From Alphaproteobacteria bacterium (lineage in GTDB: Bacteria > Pseudomonadota > Alphaproteobacteria > UBA828), in contig CAXXVO010000014.1 in assembly GCA_963422645.2 (NCBI GenBank), positions 160,001-224,000 on the forward strand: 64,000 nt of DNA. The letters run 5' to 3'. A program made the translations under genes and the position numbers. Under the pieces are notes generated by a model. That model did not search any database. It saw only the letters and a program-made list of their open reading frames with translations, and was not told the origin of the DNA. Shown one piece after another: positions 32,154-42,263 of the stretch (position 1 is the stretch's first letter; each line of letters begins with the position of its first letter).

Positions 32154-33185
32154 ATGAACGATACGGTCGCGATCCCCGCGCTGACGCCGCAGGACTTCAC
32201 CTCGGACCAGGAGGTTCGCTGGTGTCCGGGCTGTGGCGACTACGCCATCATCAAAGCGGTGCGCAAGGCGCTCGCCGACATCGGCACCGACACCAAGGAC
32301 GTGGTGTTCGTCTCCGGCATCGGCTGTGCGGCGCGCTTCCCCTACTACATGGCGACCTACGGATTTCACACCATCCACGGCCGCGCGCCGGCGATCGCGA
32401 CCGGGGTGAAGCTCGCCAATCCCGCTCTCGATGTCTGGGTGGTCTCGGGCGACGGCGACGGGCTCTCGATCGGCGGCAACCACACGCTGCACGCGCTGCG
32501 CCGCAATGTCGATCTCAACATCCTGCTGTTCAACAACGAGATCTACGGCCTGACCAAGGGCCAGTACTCGCCGACTTCGCGCGAAGGCACGCGCTCGCCG
32601 TCGACGCCGCTCGGCTCGGTCGACCATCCCTTGTCCGCGACCCGCTTTGCCCTCGGTGCCGGGGCGCGCTTCGTCGCCCGCGCGGTCGATACCGACCAGA
32701 AGCGGCTCCCCGACATCCTCAAGGCGGCGCATGCGCACAAGGGCACCTCGTTCCTCGAGATCTTCCAGAACTGCATCGTCTACAACGACGGCGCGTTCGA
32801 CGCCTTCGCCGAGCGCAAGAACGCGCCCGAGACGCAGATCTTCCTGGAGCACGGCAAGCCGCTGATCTTCGGCAGGGAGCGGGACCGCGGGCTCCGCCTC
32901 GCGCCAGGCACCTTCTCGCTGGAGGTGGTGCCGCTGGGTGAGGGCGGTGTGGACGAGTCCGAACTCCTGGTTCACGACCAGACCAACCGGCCGCTCGCCG
33001 GCATCCTCGCGGAGATGGAGCCGCCGGACTTCCCCGTGGCGCTCGGCGTGCTCTTCTGCAGCCCGGAAGAGAGCTACGAGGCTGCCGTCTACGCGCAGAT
33101 CGAGGACGCCAAGGCGAAATCCAAGGCCGGCGGGATCGACGCGCTGCTGCGGAGCGGCCATACCTGGTCCGTAGAGGCGCGCTGA
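32154..33185 (+). CDS. korB: 2-oxoacid:ferredoxin oxidoreductase beta subunit
   Basis: WCPGCGD, SGIGC, GDGD...IGGNH, NN.IYGLTKGQ. Confidence 0.92.
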   Translation: MNDTVAIPALTPQDFTSDQEVRWCPGCGDYAIIKAVRKALADIGTDTKDVVFVSGIGCAARFPYYMATYGFHTIHGRAPAIATGVKLANPALDVWVVSGDGDGLSIGGNHTLHALRRNVDLNILLFNNEIYGLTKGQYSPTSREGTRSPSTPLGSVDHPLSATRFALGAGARFVARAVDTDQKRLPDILKAAHAHKGTSFLEIFQNCIVYNDGAFDAFAERKNAPETQIFLEHGKPLIFGRERDRGLRLAPGTFSLEVVPLGEGGVDESELLVHDQTNRPLAGILAEMEPPDFPVALGVLFCSPEESYEAAVYAQIEDAKAKSKAGGIDALLRSGHTWSVEAR

Positions 33186-33232
33186 TAGCGCTTCTCGCTG
33201 CGCCCACCACGCGTGCTTGAGGCCGCTCTGAG

Positions 33233-33955
33233 GTGGCAGTGATCGAGGCCCTGATCTTCGACATCTTCGGCACGGTGGTCGATTGGCGCACCGGCGTCGC
33301 CCGCGAGACCGAGGCGTTCTTTGCAGGATCGGACCAGACGGTCGATTCCATCGCCTTCGCCGATTCGTGGCGGGCCAAGTACCAGCCGTCGATGGAGGAA
33401 ATCCGCTCCGGACGGCGCGGCTACACGGTGCTCGACGTGCTTCATCGCGAGAATCTCGACGCGACGCTGGCGGAATTCGGGCTCGACGACGCCGTGGACG
33501 ACGAGGGCCGCGCGCGCCTCAACCGGGCCTGGGAGAAGCTCCCGCCGTGGCCGGATGTCGTGCCCGGCCTCGAGGCCCTGCGCAGCCGCTATCTGCTCGC
33601 ACCCTGCTCCAATGGCTCGATCGGGATGATGGCGCGGCTCGCGCGCTCCGCCGGGCTGCCCTGGGACGCCATCGTCGGCGCCGATATCGCGCAGGACTAC
33701 AAGCCGCAGGCGGCGGTCTACTGTGCCTCCGCCGCCGCGCTCGGCCTCGCGCCCGAGGCGGTGATGATGGTCGCCGCGCACAACTTCGATCTCAAGGCGG
33801 CGCGTGAAGCGGGTCTGGCGACAGCCTTCGTGCCGCGCCCCGACGAATACGGCGACGGCCCGGTCGGCACCCCCGATCTCGCCCCCAGCGACGACTGGGA
33901 GGCCGTGGTGCCCGACTTCACGGCCCTCGCCCGGCAGATGGGGGCGGCCGGGTAG
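33233..33955 (+). CDS. Haloacid dehalogenase type II
   Basis: FDIFGTVVDW, SNG, YKP, MVAAH.FDL.AA. Confidence 0.88.
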   Translation: MAVIEALIFDIFGTVVDWRTGVARETEAFFAGSDQTVDSIAFADSWRAKYQPSMEEIRSGRRGYTVLDVLHRENLDATLAEFGLDDAVDDEGRARLNRAWEKLPPWPDVVPGLEALRSRYLLAPCSNGSIGMMARLARSAGLPWDAIVGADIAQDYKPQAAVYCASAAALGLAPEAVMMVAAHNFDLKAAREAGLATAFVPRPDEYGDGPVGTPDLAPSDDWEAVVPDFTALARQMGAAG

Positions 33956-33960
33956 CGGCT

Positions 33961-34779
33961 CTAAGGCGAGGTTGGCGCCCCCGCTGCCGGCGGCGCAACG
34001 CCGTGGCGGGTCAGGAATTCGAGCACGTAGGTCGGCAGGCCGAACTCCGGGAGGTCGGCGTGGTCGGCTTCGGGGATGAACACGGCTTCCTTGGGCTCGC
34101 GTGCGCGTTTGTGGAGCTTGCGCGCGAGGCGCACGGGAATGGTCCGGTCGCGCTCGCCGTGCACGATCAGGACCGGCGCCGCGACCTTGCCGATCTTGGC
34201 GGCGGAATCGAAGCGGTCCACGACCAGGGGGCCGACCGGGAGCAGCGGGAAGCGGCCTGAGGCGATATCCACAATCGAGCTGAAGGGGGCTTCGAGCACC
34301 AGGGCAGCGGGCGTCGCTTCGCGGGCGAGATGGACTGCGACGCCGGTGCCGAGGGATTCGCCGTAGAGGACCTGGAGGTCATCGCCGCAGCCGCGGGCCC
34401 GCAAGAAGGCCCGCGCGGCCCGTCCGTCGGCATAGAGCCCGTCTTCGGTCGGCGTGCCGGGGTTGCCGCTGTAGCCGCGCCAGGTGGTGAGCAGGACGCC
34501 GAGCCCGGCATTGAGGTAGGCCCGCACCTTGAAGCCCCGCATGCCGATGTGGCCGGCGTTGCCGTGGAAATAGATCAGGCTCGGTGCGCCCTCGGCGCGG
34601 GGCGAGGCATACCAGGCGAGCAACGAGAGCCCGTCCTCGGTCTCCAGGGCAACGGGCGCGAGCTCGGGAACGCCCGAGTCGGCCGGAGTCGGCCGGGTCC
34701 GGTCGGGATAGTAGGTGAGCGAGCGCTGGAACGCTGCTACCGGACCGGGCGGCCCATGACGCCACAACCATCCGAGCAT
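33961..34779 (-). CDS. Alpha/beta hydrolase
   Basis: FHGNAG, RGY, GESLG nucleophile elbow, HGERD, H near C-terminus. Confidence 0.88.
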   Translation of the reverse strand: MLGWLWRHGPPGPVAAFQRSLTYYPDRTRPTPADSGVPELAPVALETEDGLSLLAWYASPRAEGAPSLIYFHGNAGHIGMRGFKVRAYLNAGLGVLLTTWRGYSGNPGTPTEDGLYADGRAARAFLRARGCGDDLQVLYGESLGTGVAVHLAREATPAALVLEAPFSSIVDIASGRFPLLPVGPLVVDRFDSAAKIGKVAAPVLIVHGERDRTIPVRLARKLHKRAREPKEAVFIPEADHADLPEFGLPTYVLEFLTRHGVAPPAAGAPTSP

Positions 34780-34844
34780 CGTTTAACGAAAAGGACACCG
34801 GGCGTTGGCGGCCCGGTGCCCTCCGTCCCTATCCGGCCGCGCCG

Positions 34845-35561
34845 CTATTCGCGTGCAGCGCCAAAGAGATGCATCAGCAGGATGAAGATGTTGATGAAAT
34901 TGAGGTAGAGCGAGAGCGCGCCCATCACCGACTTCTTCACCATGACCGCGTTGCCGTCGGTCTCGCGATAGACGTCCTTGATCCGCTGGGTGTCGTAGGC
35001 GGTGAGCCCGAGGAACACCAGCACGCCGATCACCGAGATCACGAAGTGCATCAGCTCCGACTGCAGGAAGATGTTCACCACCATCGCGATGATGACGCCG
35101 ATCAGGCCCATGAACAGGAACGAGCCCCAGGAGACCAGCGAGCGCTTGGTGGTGTAGCCGTAAAGGCTCATCGCGCCGAACATGCCCATGGTGATGAAGA
35201 ACACCCTGACGATGCTGGTCGCCGTGTAGGCCATGAAGATGTAGGAGAGCGAGGCCCCCATGAGGATCGAGAAGACCCAGAACAACCACTGTGCCGTGGT
35301 GTGCTTCATGGTCTGGATCTTCATCCCCAGGAAGAACACGATGCCGAGCGGTGCCAGCATGACCACGAAGCCGAGGCCCGAGCCGTAGAGCACGTTGAAG
35401 AGCCCGGTATTGGCGATCACGTAGGCCGTGAGGCCCGTGAGCGCCAGGCCCGAAGCCATGTAGTTGTAGACCCGGAGCATGTAGCTCCGGAGACCCTGGT
35501 CGATCTGCGTCTGAGTCAGAGTCGTGCCGGCGAAAGGCCGGCCTTGCGTCCCGAGTGCCAT
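34845..35561 (-). CDS. Bax inhibitor-1/YccA family membrane protein
   Basis: IDQGLRSYMLRVYNYM, YGYTTKR, AYDTQRIK, GALSLYLNFIN. Confidence 0.93.
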   Translation of the reverse strand: MALGTQGRPFAGTTLTQTQIDQGLRSYMLRVYNYMASGLALTGLTAYVIANTGLFNVLYGSGLGFVVMLAPLGIVFFLGMKIQTMKHTTAQWLFWVFSILMGASLSYIFMAYTATSIVRVFFITMGMFGAMSLYGYTTKRSLVSWGSFLFMGLIGVIIAMVVNIFLQSELMHFVISVIGVLVFLGLTAYDTQRIKDVYRETDGNAVMVKKSVMGALSLYLNFINIFILLMHLFGAARE

Positions 35562-35681
35562 CGAAGCGTCCTCTAGTGCGACAAAGTGTCGGATTCGAAT
35601 ACTATATTAGGAAGCCCGACGCTCACTTTCAACGCCTGGGCGAATTACCATTTCTCCAGTCACGAGCCTGCAAGCGGCCGG

Positions 35682-36446
35682 TCAGGTCGCCGGCGGGGGG
35701 CCACCTGCCGCTCCGAGCGGGGGCACCGGCGTATTGAGCTTGCGGTAGGCGACCGAGACCACGGCCACCGGGATGCTGACGGTGAGGAAGGTGAGCGCGT
35801 TGAAGAACGACACCATGGCGCCGGGGCCGAAGGTGGCGAGAATCAACGAGCCCAGCACGCCGCCGAGCAGGAAGAGCAAGACGGTAATCGCCACGAAGGA
35901 GAGCAGGATCGCGCCCACGAGCTGTAGCGTGGCGCCGCGCAGCATGCGCCGGGAGGCGAGGAGCCCCTGGTAGTTGTCGACCGCCGTCGCCGGAAAGGCC
36001 AGCGCGAAGGGTGCGGCGACGAAGAGCGTGATCAGCAGCAGCACCAGGACCAGCATCAGGTCCTGCGCCTGCATCGCCACCAGGACGATCTCCTGCGGCA
36101 GCAGGAAGAGCATGAGACGGCCGAAATACTTTAGGTCCCGAATGCCGGGCCAGAACTGGATCGGCACGGCTGTATCGCGCGTCCCCAGCAGCAGGTAGCG
36201 GTGCCAGGCCACCGCGAACACCGCGAGCAGGAGGAGCCGGGCGAGCGCGTGGATGACGAGTTGCTCTTCGGAGGCCATGCTCTCGAGGTCGAGCCGCATG
36301 ACCGCCGGCAGCAGCACCGCCAGCACCATCGGCGCCAGCGCAAGCCCTAGCATGGTACGGAAGTTGCGGAAGGTGAGGCGGAAGGCCTCACCCACCGTTT
36401 CGTACACCCTGAGCCTCGGTGGCGAGGGGGCTCCGTGGCCGTACAT
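35682..36446 (-). CDS. Hypothetical multi-pass membrane protein
   Basis: Several hydrophobic helices, AVAWHR..LLG motif; abuts the ABC permease gene. Confidence 0.7.
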   Translation of the reverse strand: MYGHGAPSPPRLRVYETVGEAFRLTFRNFRTMLGLALAPMVLAVLLPAVMRLDLESMASEEQLVIHALARLLLLAVFAVAWHRYLLLGTRDTAVPIQFWPGIRDLKYFGRLMLFLLPQEIVLVAMQAQDLMLVLVLLLITLFVAAPFALAFPATAVDNYQGLLASRRMLRGATLQLVGAILLSFVAITVLLFLLGGVLGSLILATFGPGAMVSFFNALTFLTVSIPVAVVSVAYRKLNTPVPPLGAAGGPPPAT

Positions 36447-38969
36447 CTATTCCACTCGCAGGAGGGGCGCAGCCTTGCGGCCGAGCGCGCGCCATGTGCT
36501 CGCGAATCCGAGAACGAGCGTCATGGTTATACAGGCTGCGGCGGTCACGGCCACATATTCGGGCAGGAAGCGCCATTGCAGGTCGAGCACTTGGGTCACG
36601 AAGGCCCAGGCGGCCAGCGTGCCGATGCCGATGGCGAGCCCGGCGATGGCGCAGCCGAGCAGGATGTGCTCGGCGAGGAAGGCGCGCAGCAAATCCCCCC
36701 GGCGAGCGCCCAGCACCTTGAAGACGACGGCGTCGTGGACCCGCCGCTCGTGGCCGGCGGCGGTCGCGCCCGCCAGCACAAGCAGGCCTGCGGCCACCGT
36801 CAATCCGGCCACCGCCTGAATCGCTGCGCCGATGCGTCCCATGAGCTCGTCCAAGGCCTCGATGATCGCGCGTATGGGGATCGCCGTGATGTTGGCGAAG
36901 CGCTCCGTCACCGCGCGCTCGAGCACGGGTTCCGCCTCCGGTGTCGCGTGCGCGGTGGCGAGCTGCGTCTGCGGCGCTCCCTCCAGGACCCCGGGCGAGA
37001 ATATCACGACGAAGTTGATATCGAAGGCCGTCCAGTCGACTTGGCGCAGACTCGCGACCTCGGCCGTGAACTCGCGCCCGAGCACGTTGATCGAGAGGGT
37101 GTCCCCGAGCTCCAGCCCGAAATCGATCGCCTCCTCTTCCGAGAGCGAGACCAGCGGCGGCCCGTCGTAGTCGGCGGGCCACCATTTCCCGGCCGTGATC
37201 TCCGCATTGGGCGGCGGATCGGCGGCGTAGCTGAGGCCGATATCGCTCTGCATCACCCATTCCGAGCCCGGCGCGACCTTGGCCTCCCGCACCGGGACGC
37301 CATCGATGCGGACGACGCGGCCGCGCAGCATCGGCACCCGGCGGCCATGGTCGACGCCCGCCGTCTCTTCGAGCAGCCGCTCGAAGGGGGCGATCTGCTG
37401 CTTCTGGATATCGAGGAAGAAGAACGCCGGCCGCTCGTCGTTGCGCTGCTCGCTGATCATCGCGCCGAGATTGCCCTCGACCAGCGCAATCGAGACCAGG
37501 ACCGCGAGGCCGGTACCCAAGGACATCGCGACCGGGACCGTGGGCGCCCCCGGCCGCGCGAGATTGGCGAAGCCCAGCCTGAGCGCAGGGAGCCGCCGCG
37601 GGCGCGTGCGCCGCGCCAGGACGACCACCAGGGCGGCTGCGGCCCTGAAGATCGCAAGCGCCACCGGCGCGCCCAGGACGAACCCTAGTGCGATGCTCAT
37701 GCGCGGCGCGGTGCCGACGGCGATGCCGGCAAGCGCCAGCGCGGCCAGCGCCGTGCCCGCGATCGCCGTCAGCGGCGGCCAGCCCGAGGCCGGCGAGGCT
37801 GCGCCGCGAAAGAGCACGCCCGGACGGGTCCGGGCGGCGCGCCCCAGGGGCCAAAGCGAAAAGGCGAGCATGGTAAGCGCGCCATAGACCGCTGCGAGGG
37901 CGAGCGGCGCCCCGTGGATCACGCCCGCCAGCGGCACCGGCAGCGTGTCGCCGAAGAGAGCGGAGAGGACGGGCGGCACCGCAGCGCCGAGGACCAGCCC
38001 CGCCGCGATGGCCCCGAGCCCCAGCATGCCTAACTGCAGCAGGAAGGCGCGTTGCACGGTGGCTTGCGTCGCGCCGACGCACTTGAGTGCCGCGATGGTG
38101 TGCAGCTTGCCGTGCAGATGGCTTGAGACGGCGCTGGCGACGCCGATGCCGCCGACCAGAAGGGCGGCGAGCCCAGCGAGTGTGAGGAAGAGCCCGACCC
38201 GGTCGAGCTGGCGCCTGAGGGAGGGGTTGGCGTCGCGGGTGTCCCGCAGCCGCCAGACCGCGTCGGGAAACGCCGTCTCAAGGCCCGCCACCCATCCCGC
38301 GATAGCCGCGCCCTCGGGCACGAGCGCGCGGTAGCGGTGCCGCACCAGGGTGCCCGGCTGGACCAATTGCGTCTCTTGCAGCGACGCATGATCCATCATC
38401 AGGCGGGGACCGAGCGCGATGCCGCCGGTGAGCCGGTCGGGCTCGCGCACGAGCACCCCCCGCACCGTCAGGAGCGCCGCGCCGATCCGGATCCTGTCGC
38501 CGATGCCGACGCCGAGGCGGTCGAGCAATCCCTTCTCGACCGCGGCCCCGCCGCTGGCGAGCGCGTCGGCAAGCTGCGTGCCGTCCTCCAGGCGCGCGCG
38601 ATCGACCAGCGGATAGGCACCGTCCACCGCCTTGAGCTCGACCAGCGAGCGGTGCGCGCCGTCCTCGTCGCGGGCCATGCTGCGCATGGTGACGACATGC
38701 GAGAGCGCGACGGTGTTCGCCTCGAGGTAGGTCATCGCCTCCTGGGCGAGGGGCTGCGAGAACTGGACCAGCTCGACGTCGCCGCCGAGGATCATGCGGG
38801 CGTCGCGGGCGAGCCCGGCCTTGAGCGCCTCGCCGAGCGAGCCGACGGCGGCGGTAATGCCGACGCCCAGGATCAGGCAGGCGAGGAAGACGCGGAAGCC
38901 GCGCACGCCGCCGCGCAGCTCGCGCCGGGCAATGCGCCACGAGGCCGGCGCCTTACGAGCAAACACCAT
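36447..38969 (-). CDS. ybbP: ABC transporter permease, YbbP/FtsX-like
   Basis: RELRGG, LGGD, ELKAVDGAYPL, two FtsX-like halves, FF.DIQ..Q. Confidence 0.88.
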   Translation of the reverse strand: MVFARKAPASWRIARRELRGGVRGFRVFLACLILGVGITAAVGSLGEALKAGLARDARMILGGDVELVQFSQPLAQEAMTYLEANTVALSHVVTMRSMARDEDGAHRSLVELKAVDGAYPLVDRARLEDGTQLADALASGGAAVEKGLLDRLGVGIGDRIRIGAALLTVRGVLVREPDRLTGGIALGPRLMMDHASLQETQLVQPGTLVRHRYRALVPEGAAIAGWVAGLETAFPDAVWRLRDTRDANPSLRRQLDRVGLFLTLAGLAALLVGGIGVASAVSSHLHGKLHTIAALKCVGATQATVQRAFLLQLGMLGLGAIAAGLVLGAAVPPVLSALFGDTLPVPLAGVIHGAPLALAAVYGALTMLAFSLWPLGRAARTRPGVLFRGAASPASGWPPLTAIAGTALAALALAGIAVGTAPRMSIALGFVLGAPVALAIFRAAAALVVVLARRTRPRRLPALRLGFANLARPGAPTVPVAMSLGTGLAVLVSIALVEGNLGAMISEQRNDERPAFFFLDIQKQQIAPFERLLEETAGVDHGRRVPMLRGRVVRIDGVPVREAKVAPGSEWVMQSDIGLSYAADPPPNAEITAGKWWPADYDGPPLVSLSEEEAIDFGLELGDTLSINVLGREFTAEVASLRQVDWTAFDINFVVIFSPGVLEGAPQTQLATAHATPEAEPVLERAVTERFANITAIPIRAIIEALDELMGRIGAAIQAVAGLTVAAGLLVLAGATAAGHERRVHDAVVFKVLGARRGDLLRAFLAEHILLGCAIAGLAIGIGTLAAWAFVTQVLDLQWRFLPEYVAVTAAACITMTLVLGFASTWRALGRKAAPLLRVE

Positions 38970-38975
38970 CGGGAC

Positions 38976-39659
38976 TCAAAGCTCGGCGGGCGCCACGATC
39001 CGCCCGTCCGCGATATGCACCATGCGGTCGCAGCGCGCGGCGAGCTCGTGGTCGTGGGTGACCAGGATCAGCGTCGAGCCTCCCACGGCCCGCATTCGAA
39101 AGAGCTCGCCCATCACCGCGCCACCGGTCTCGCCGTCCAGGTTGCCTGTGGGCTCGTCGGCGAGCAGCACGTCGGGTTGCGGCACGAAGGCCCGGGCGAG
39201 CGCCACCCGTTGCTGCTCGCCGCCGGAAAGCTGGCTCGGGTAGTGCTGCAGGCGCTCGCCCAGGCCGACGCTCTCCAGCGCCTCCTGCGCTGCACCGAAG
39301 GGGTCGCCGTGGGTGCCGAGCTCCAGGGGAAGGGCGACGTTCTCCAACGCCGTCATGGTCGGGATCAGGTGGAAGGCCTGGAACACGATGCCGACGGCGT
39401 TGCGCCTGAAGGCGGCCAGCGCGCTCTCGCCCAGGCCGCTGATATCGGTGCCGCTCACGACGACGCGGCCCTGGTCCGCCTGCTCCAGGCCAGAGATGAT
39501 CGCGAGCAGGGTCGATTTGCCCGCGCCCGACGGCCCGAGCACGGCGATGCTCTCGCCCCGTTCGGCGGTGAACGACACGCCCCGTAGGATGTTGACGGGA
39601 CCGGCCTTGCTGGTCAGGGTGAGGTGCACGTCATCCAGCACCACCGCCGGCTCGCTCAT
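38976..39659 (-). CDS. ybbA: ABC transporter ATP-binding protein YbbA-like
   Basis: GPSGAGKST, LSGGEQQR, ADEPTGNLD; synteny with ybbP/tesA. Confidence 0.9.
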   Translation of the reverse strand: MSEPAVVLDDVHLTLTSKAGPVNILRGVSFTAERGESIAVLGPSGAGKSTLLAIISGLEQADQGRVVVSGTDISGLGESALAAFRRNAVGIVFQAFHLIPTMTALENVALPLELGTHGDPFGAAQEALESVGLGERLQHYPSQLSGGEQQRVALARAFVPQPDVLLADEPTGNLDGETGGAVMGELFRMRAVGGSTLILVTHDHELAARCDRMVHIADGRIVAPAEL

Positions 39660-40317
39660 GTCATCCCGCCGCTCCCCCGGCCGCGTCGCAACGTGGATCG
39701 GAGCCGCCCTGTGCGCCTGGCTCCTGCTTCTTGGCCCGCTGCCCGGCGCCGCCGAGGAGCCCCGAATTGCCGTGCTCGGCGACAGCCTGACCGCCGGGTT
39801 CGGGCTGCCGCAAGAGGACGCCTTCCCGGCGCGTCTGGAGGCCGCGCTCAGGGCCGAGGGTCACGCCTGGCGGGTGATCGACGCCGGAGTCTCCGGCGAT
39901 ACCAGCGCCGGCGGACTGGCGCGGCTCGACTGGGTGCTCGCGGATGAGCCGGAGATCGTGATTGTCGAGCTCGGCGCCAACGACGGCCTGCGCGGGCTGC
40001 CGACGGACCGGATGGAGGTCAATCTCGACGGGATTCTGACGCGAATCCTCAAGTCCGGATCGACCGTATTGCTCGCCGGCATGCGGGCGCCGGCCAACTT
40101 CGGCCCCGACTACGAAGCCGCGTTCCGCGCGGTCTATGAGCGCCTCGCCGTCAGGCATGGGGTCGCGTTCTATCCCTTCTTCCTGGAGGGGGTGGCCATG
40201 GAGCCCGATCTCAACCAGTCGGACGGTATCCATCCCAACGCCGACGGGGTCGCCGAGATCGTGCGGCGCATAGTGCCACATGTGGTGGCCGTCATCGCCG
40301 GGCACAAGGGCGGCTGA
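39658..40317 (+). CDS. tesA: Arylesterase/acyl-CoA thioesterase I (SGNH)
   Basis: GDSL, GVSGDT, ELGANDGLRG, DGIHP; signal peptide. Confidence 0.92.
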   Translation: MSSRRSPGRVATWIGAALCAWLLLLGPLPGAAEEPRIAVLGDSLTAGFGLPQEDAFPARLEAALRAEGHAWRVIDAGVSGDTSAGGLARLDWVLADEPEIVIVELGANDGLRGLPTDRMEVNLDGILTRILKSGSTVLLAGMRAPANFGPDYEAAFRAVYERLAVRHGVAFYPFFLEGVAMEPDLNQSDGIHPNADGVAEIVRRIVPHVVAVIAGHKGG

Positions 40318-40341
40318 GGGGCAAGGGAGGAGGGCGGCCCG

Positions 40342-40908
40342 ATGACCCGCCTCTTCGTCGCGCTTTCGCTGCCGGAGGACGTGCGCCGCCGGCTGGAGAT
40401 GCTGCAGGGCGGCCTGCCGGGCGCGCGCTGGCAGAGCGCGGAGCAGATGCACCTCTCGCTGCGCTTTATCGGAGAGGTCGATGGCACCGCCTTCGCCGAG
40501 ATCATGGACGCGCTCGCGAACATCGAAGCGGACGCCTTCTCCCTCACGCTCGAGGGCGTGGGCCACTTTCCGAAGCGCGGGCGGGTGCGAATCCTGTGGG
40601 CCGGAGTGGCTCCCAACCCCGCGCTCATGCGCCTGCGCGAGCGCGCCGAGGCCGCCATCACCGGCCTCGGCTTCGAGCCCGACGGCCGCAACTATGCACC
40701 GCACGTCACCCTCGCGCGCTTCGCTTCGCGGGTGCCTGCGCACCGGCTTCAGGAGTTCATTTCCTATCACGGGCCGTTCAGCAGCGGGCCGTTTGAAGTG
40801 CGCTCGTTCGAGCTTTATTCGAGCCACCTCGGCGCGGGCGGCGCGCACTACACGGTGGAGGCGAGCTATCCGCTCTTGGCCGCACCGCCGCCGGATGCGG
40901 ATGCATAG
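40342..40908 (+). CDS. thpR: RNA 2',3'-cyclic phosphodiesterase (2H family)
   Basis: RLFVA, HLSL and HVTL motifs. Confidence 0.92.
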   Translation: MTRLFVALSLPEDVRRRLEMLQGGLPGARWQSAEQMHLSLRFIGEVDGTAFAEIMDALANIEADAFSLTLEGVGHFPKRGRVRILWAGVAPNPALMRLRERAEAAITGLGFEPDGRNYAPHVTLARFASRVPAHRLQEFISYHGPFSSGPFEVRSFELYSSHLGAGGAHYTVEASYPLLAAPPPDADA

Positions 40909-40938
40909 CAGGCCGGGTGGGGATTCGCACATCCCGTC

Positions 40939-41337
40939 TCATTCGGCTTCCTCGATGTGCTCCATGTCCTCGTCCGAGAGGCCGAAGTGGTGGCCGATCT
41001 CGTGGATCAGCACGTGGCGGACGACCTCCTCCAGGCTGTTGCCGGTCTCGACCCAGTAGTCGAGGAGCGGGCGGCGGTAGAGGAAGATCATGTCGACATC
41101 CTCGCGGATGTCGTGGACCCCGCTCTGGTCGAGGGAGACGCCCTGATAGAGGCCGAGCAGCTCGTAGGGGCTCTCCAGCTCCATCTCCTCCTGCACCTCA
41201 TCGCTGGGAAAGTCCACGACCTGGATCATCACCGGGTCGACCTTATCGCGCAGGAACGCGGGAATGCGGCGGTACTCGTGGTCCGCGATCTGCTCGATGT
41301 CCGCCGCGCGCGGAGCCTGGGAGTTTCGTTCGCTCAT
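40939..41337 (-). CDS. Zincin-like metallopeptidase (DUF1025-like)
   Basis: LLGLYQG, I.LYRRP, HEIGHHFGLSD. Confidence 0.9.
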   Translation of the reverse strand: MSERNSQAPRAADIEQIADHEYRRIPAFLRDKVDPVMIQVVDFPSDEVQEEMELESPYELLGLYQGVSLDQSGVHDIREDVDMIFLYRRPLLDYWVETGNSLEEVVRHVLIHEIGHHFGLSDEDMEHIEEAE

Positions 41338-41432
41338 GGCGGCAAGCCTAAAGCCAATGCGGCCTTAGAGAAATCGTGCGGGGCGCTATACTGCGCCGCT
41401 TCGTGAGATTCAGGCTGAGGGAGGCCGGTAGG

Positions 41433-42263
41433 GTGAGCAACAGAGAGGCGTTGCTGCAGGGGCTCTGCGAGCAGGCGCTGCAGATCCGGCGCAACACGTG
41501 GCGGGCGCTGCGTGCGGCGGGCTCCGGCCACATGGGGGGCTCGCTCTCTGCGGCCGACCTGCTGGCCGCGCTCTACTTCCACTACCTCAGGCTGCGACCC
41601 GACGAGCCCGATTGGCCCGAGCGTGATCGCTTCGTGCTGTCCAAGGGGCACGCCAACACCGCGCTCGGCGCGGTGCTGGCCCAGGCCGGCTTCGTCGAGG
41701 ACAGCTTTGTCGACAGCTTCTACGGCTTCGAATCGCTCTTCGGCATGCATCCGGACATCAAGGTGCCGGGCGTCGAGATGTCCACCGGCGGCCTCGGCCA
41801 CGGCCTCTCCGTCGGGCTCGGCATGGCGCTCGGCGCCAGGCTGCAGCGGAACGGTGCGCGCACCGTGGTGATGCTGGGCGACGGCGAGCTGCAGGAGGGC
41901 TCGAACTGGGAGGCGGCGATGGCCGCAGCCCACCTCGCGCCGCTCTCGCTCACCGCCATCGTCGACTACAACAAGGTGCAGCAGAGCGGCCATGTCGCCG
42001 AGATGCTGGGGCTGGAGCCGCTCGCCGACAAGTGGCGCGCCTTCGGCTGGTCCGTTCGCGAGTGCGACGGGCACGACATGGAATCGATCGTCGATGCCCT
42101 GGATGCGCTGCCCGCGGCGCCCGACAGGCCCTCGCTGCTCATCGCCCACACCGTGAAGGGCAAGGGCGCGAGCTTCGCCGAGGATACGTACCTCTGGCAC
42201 AACAACGCGGTGAGCGACGAGGTCTACGAGAAGGCCATGGCCGAGCTGGGAGAGCCCGCATGA
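41433..42263 (+). CDS. Transketolase, N-terminal (TPP-binding) subunit
   Basis: GHMGGSLS, RDRFVLSKGH, GDGELQEG..WEA, TVKGKG. Confidence 0.92.
   Translation: MSNREALLQGLCEQALQIRRNTWRALRAAGSGHMGGSLSAADLLAALYFHYLRLRPDEPDWPERDRFVLSKGHANTALGAVLAQAGFVEDSFVDSFYGFESLFGMHPDIKVPGVEMSTGGLGHGLSVGLGMALGARLQRNGARTVVMLGDGELQEGSNWEAAMAAAHLAPLSLTAIVDYNKVQQSGHVAEMLGLEPLADKWRAFGWSVRECDGHDMESIVDALDALPAAPDRPSLLIAHTVKGKGASFAEDTYLWHNNAVSDEVYEKAMAELGEPA

Noticed and set aside
30128-32200. Long antisense ORFs (also 1795-3342, 52991-54997, 55224-57752, 60959-63094)
   Set aside because: Shadow frames of high-GC genes with no recognisable motifs
39657-39660. Divergent overlapping start codons of ybbA and tesA (CATG)
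   Set aside because: Head-to-head tesA/ybbA overlap is a known conserved arrangement
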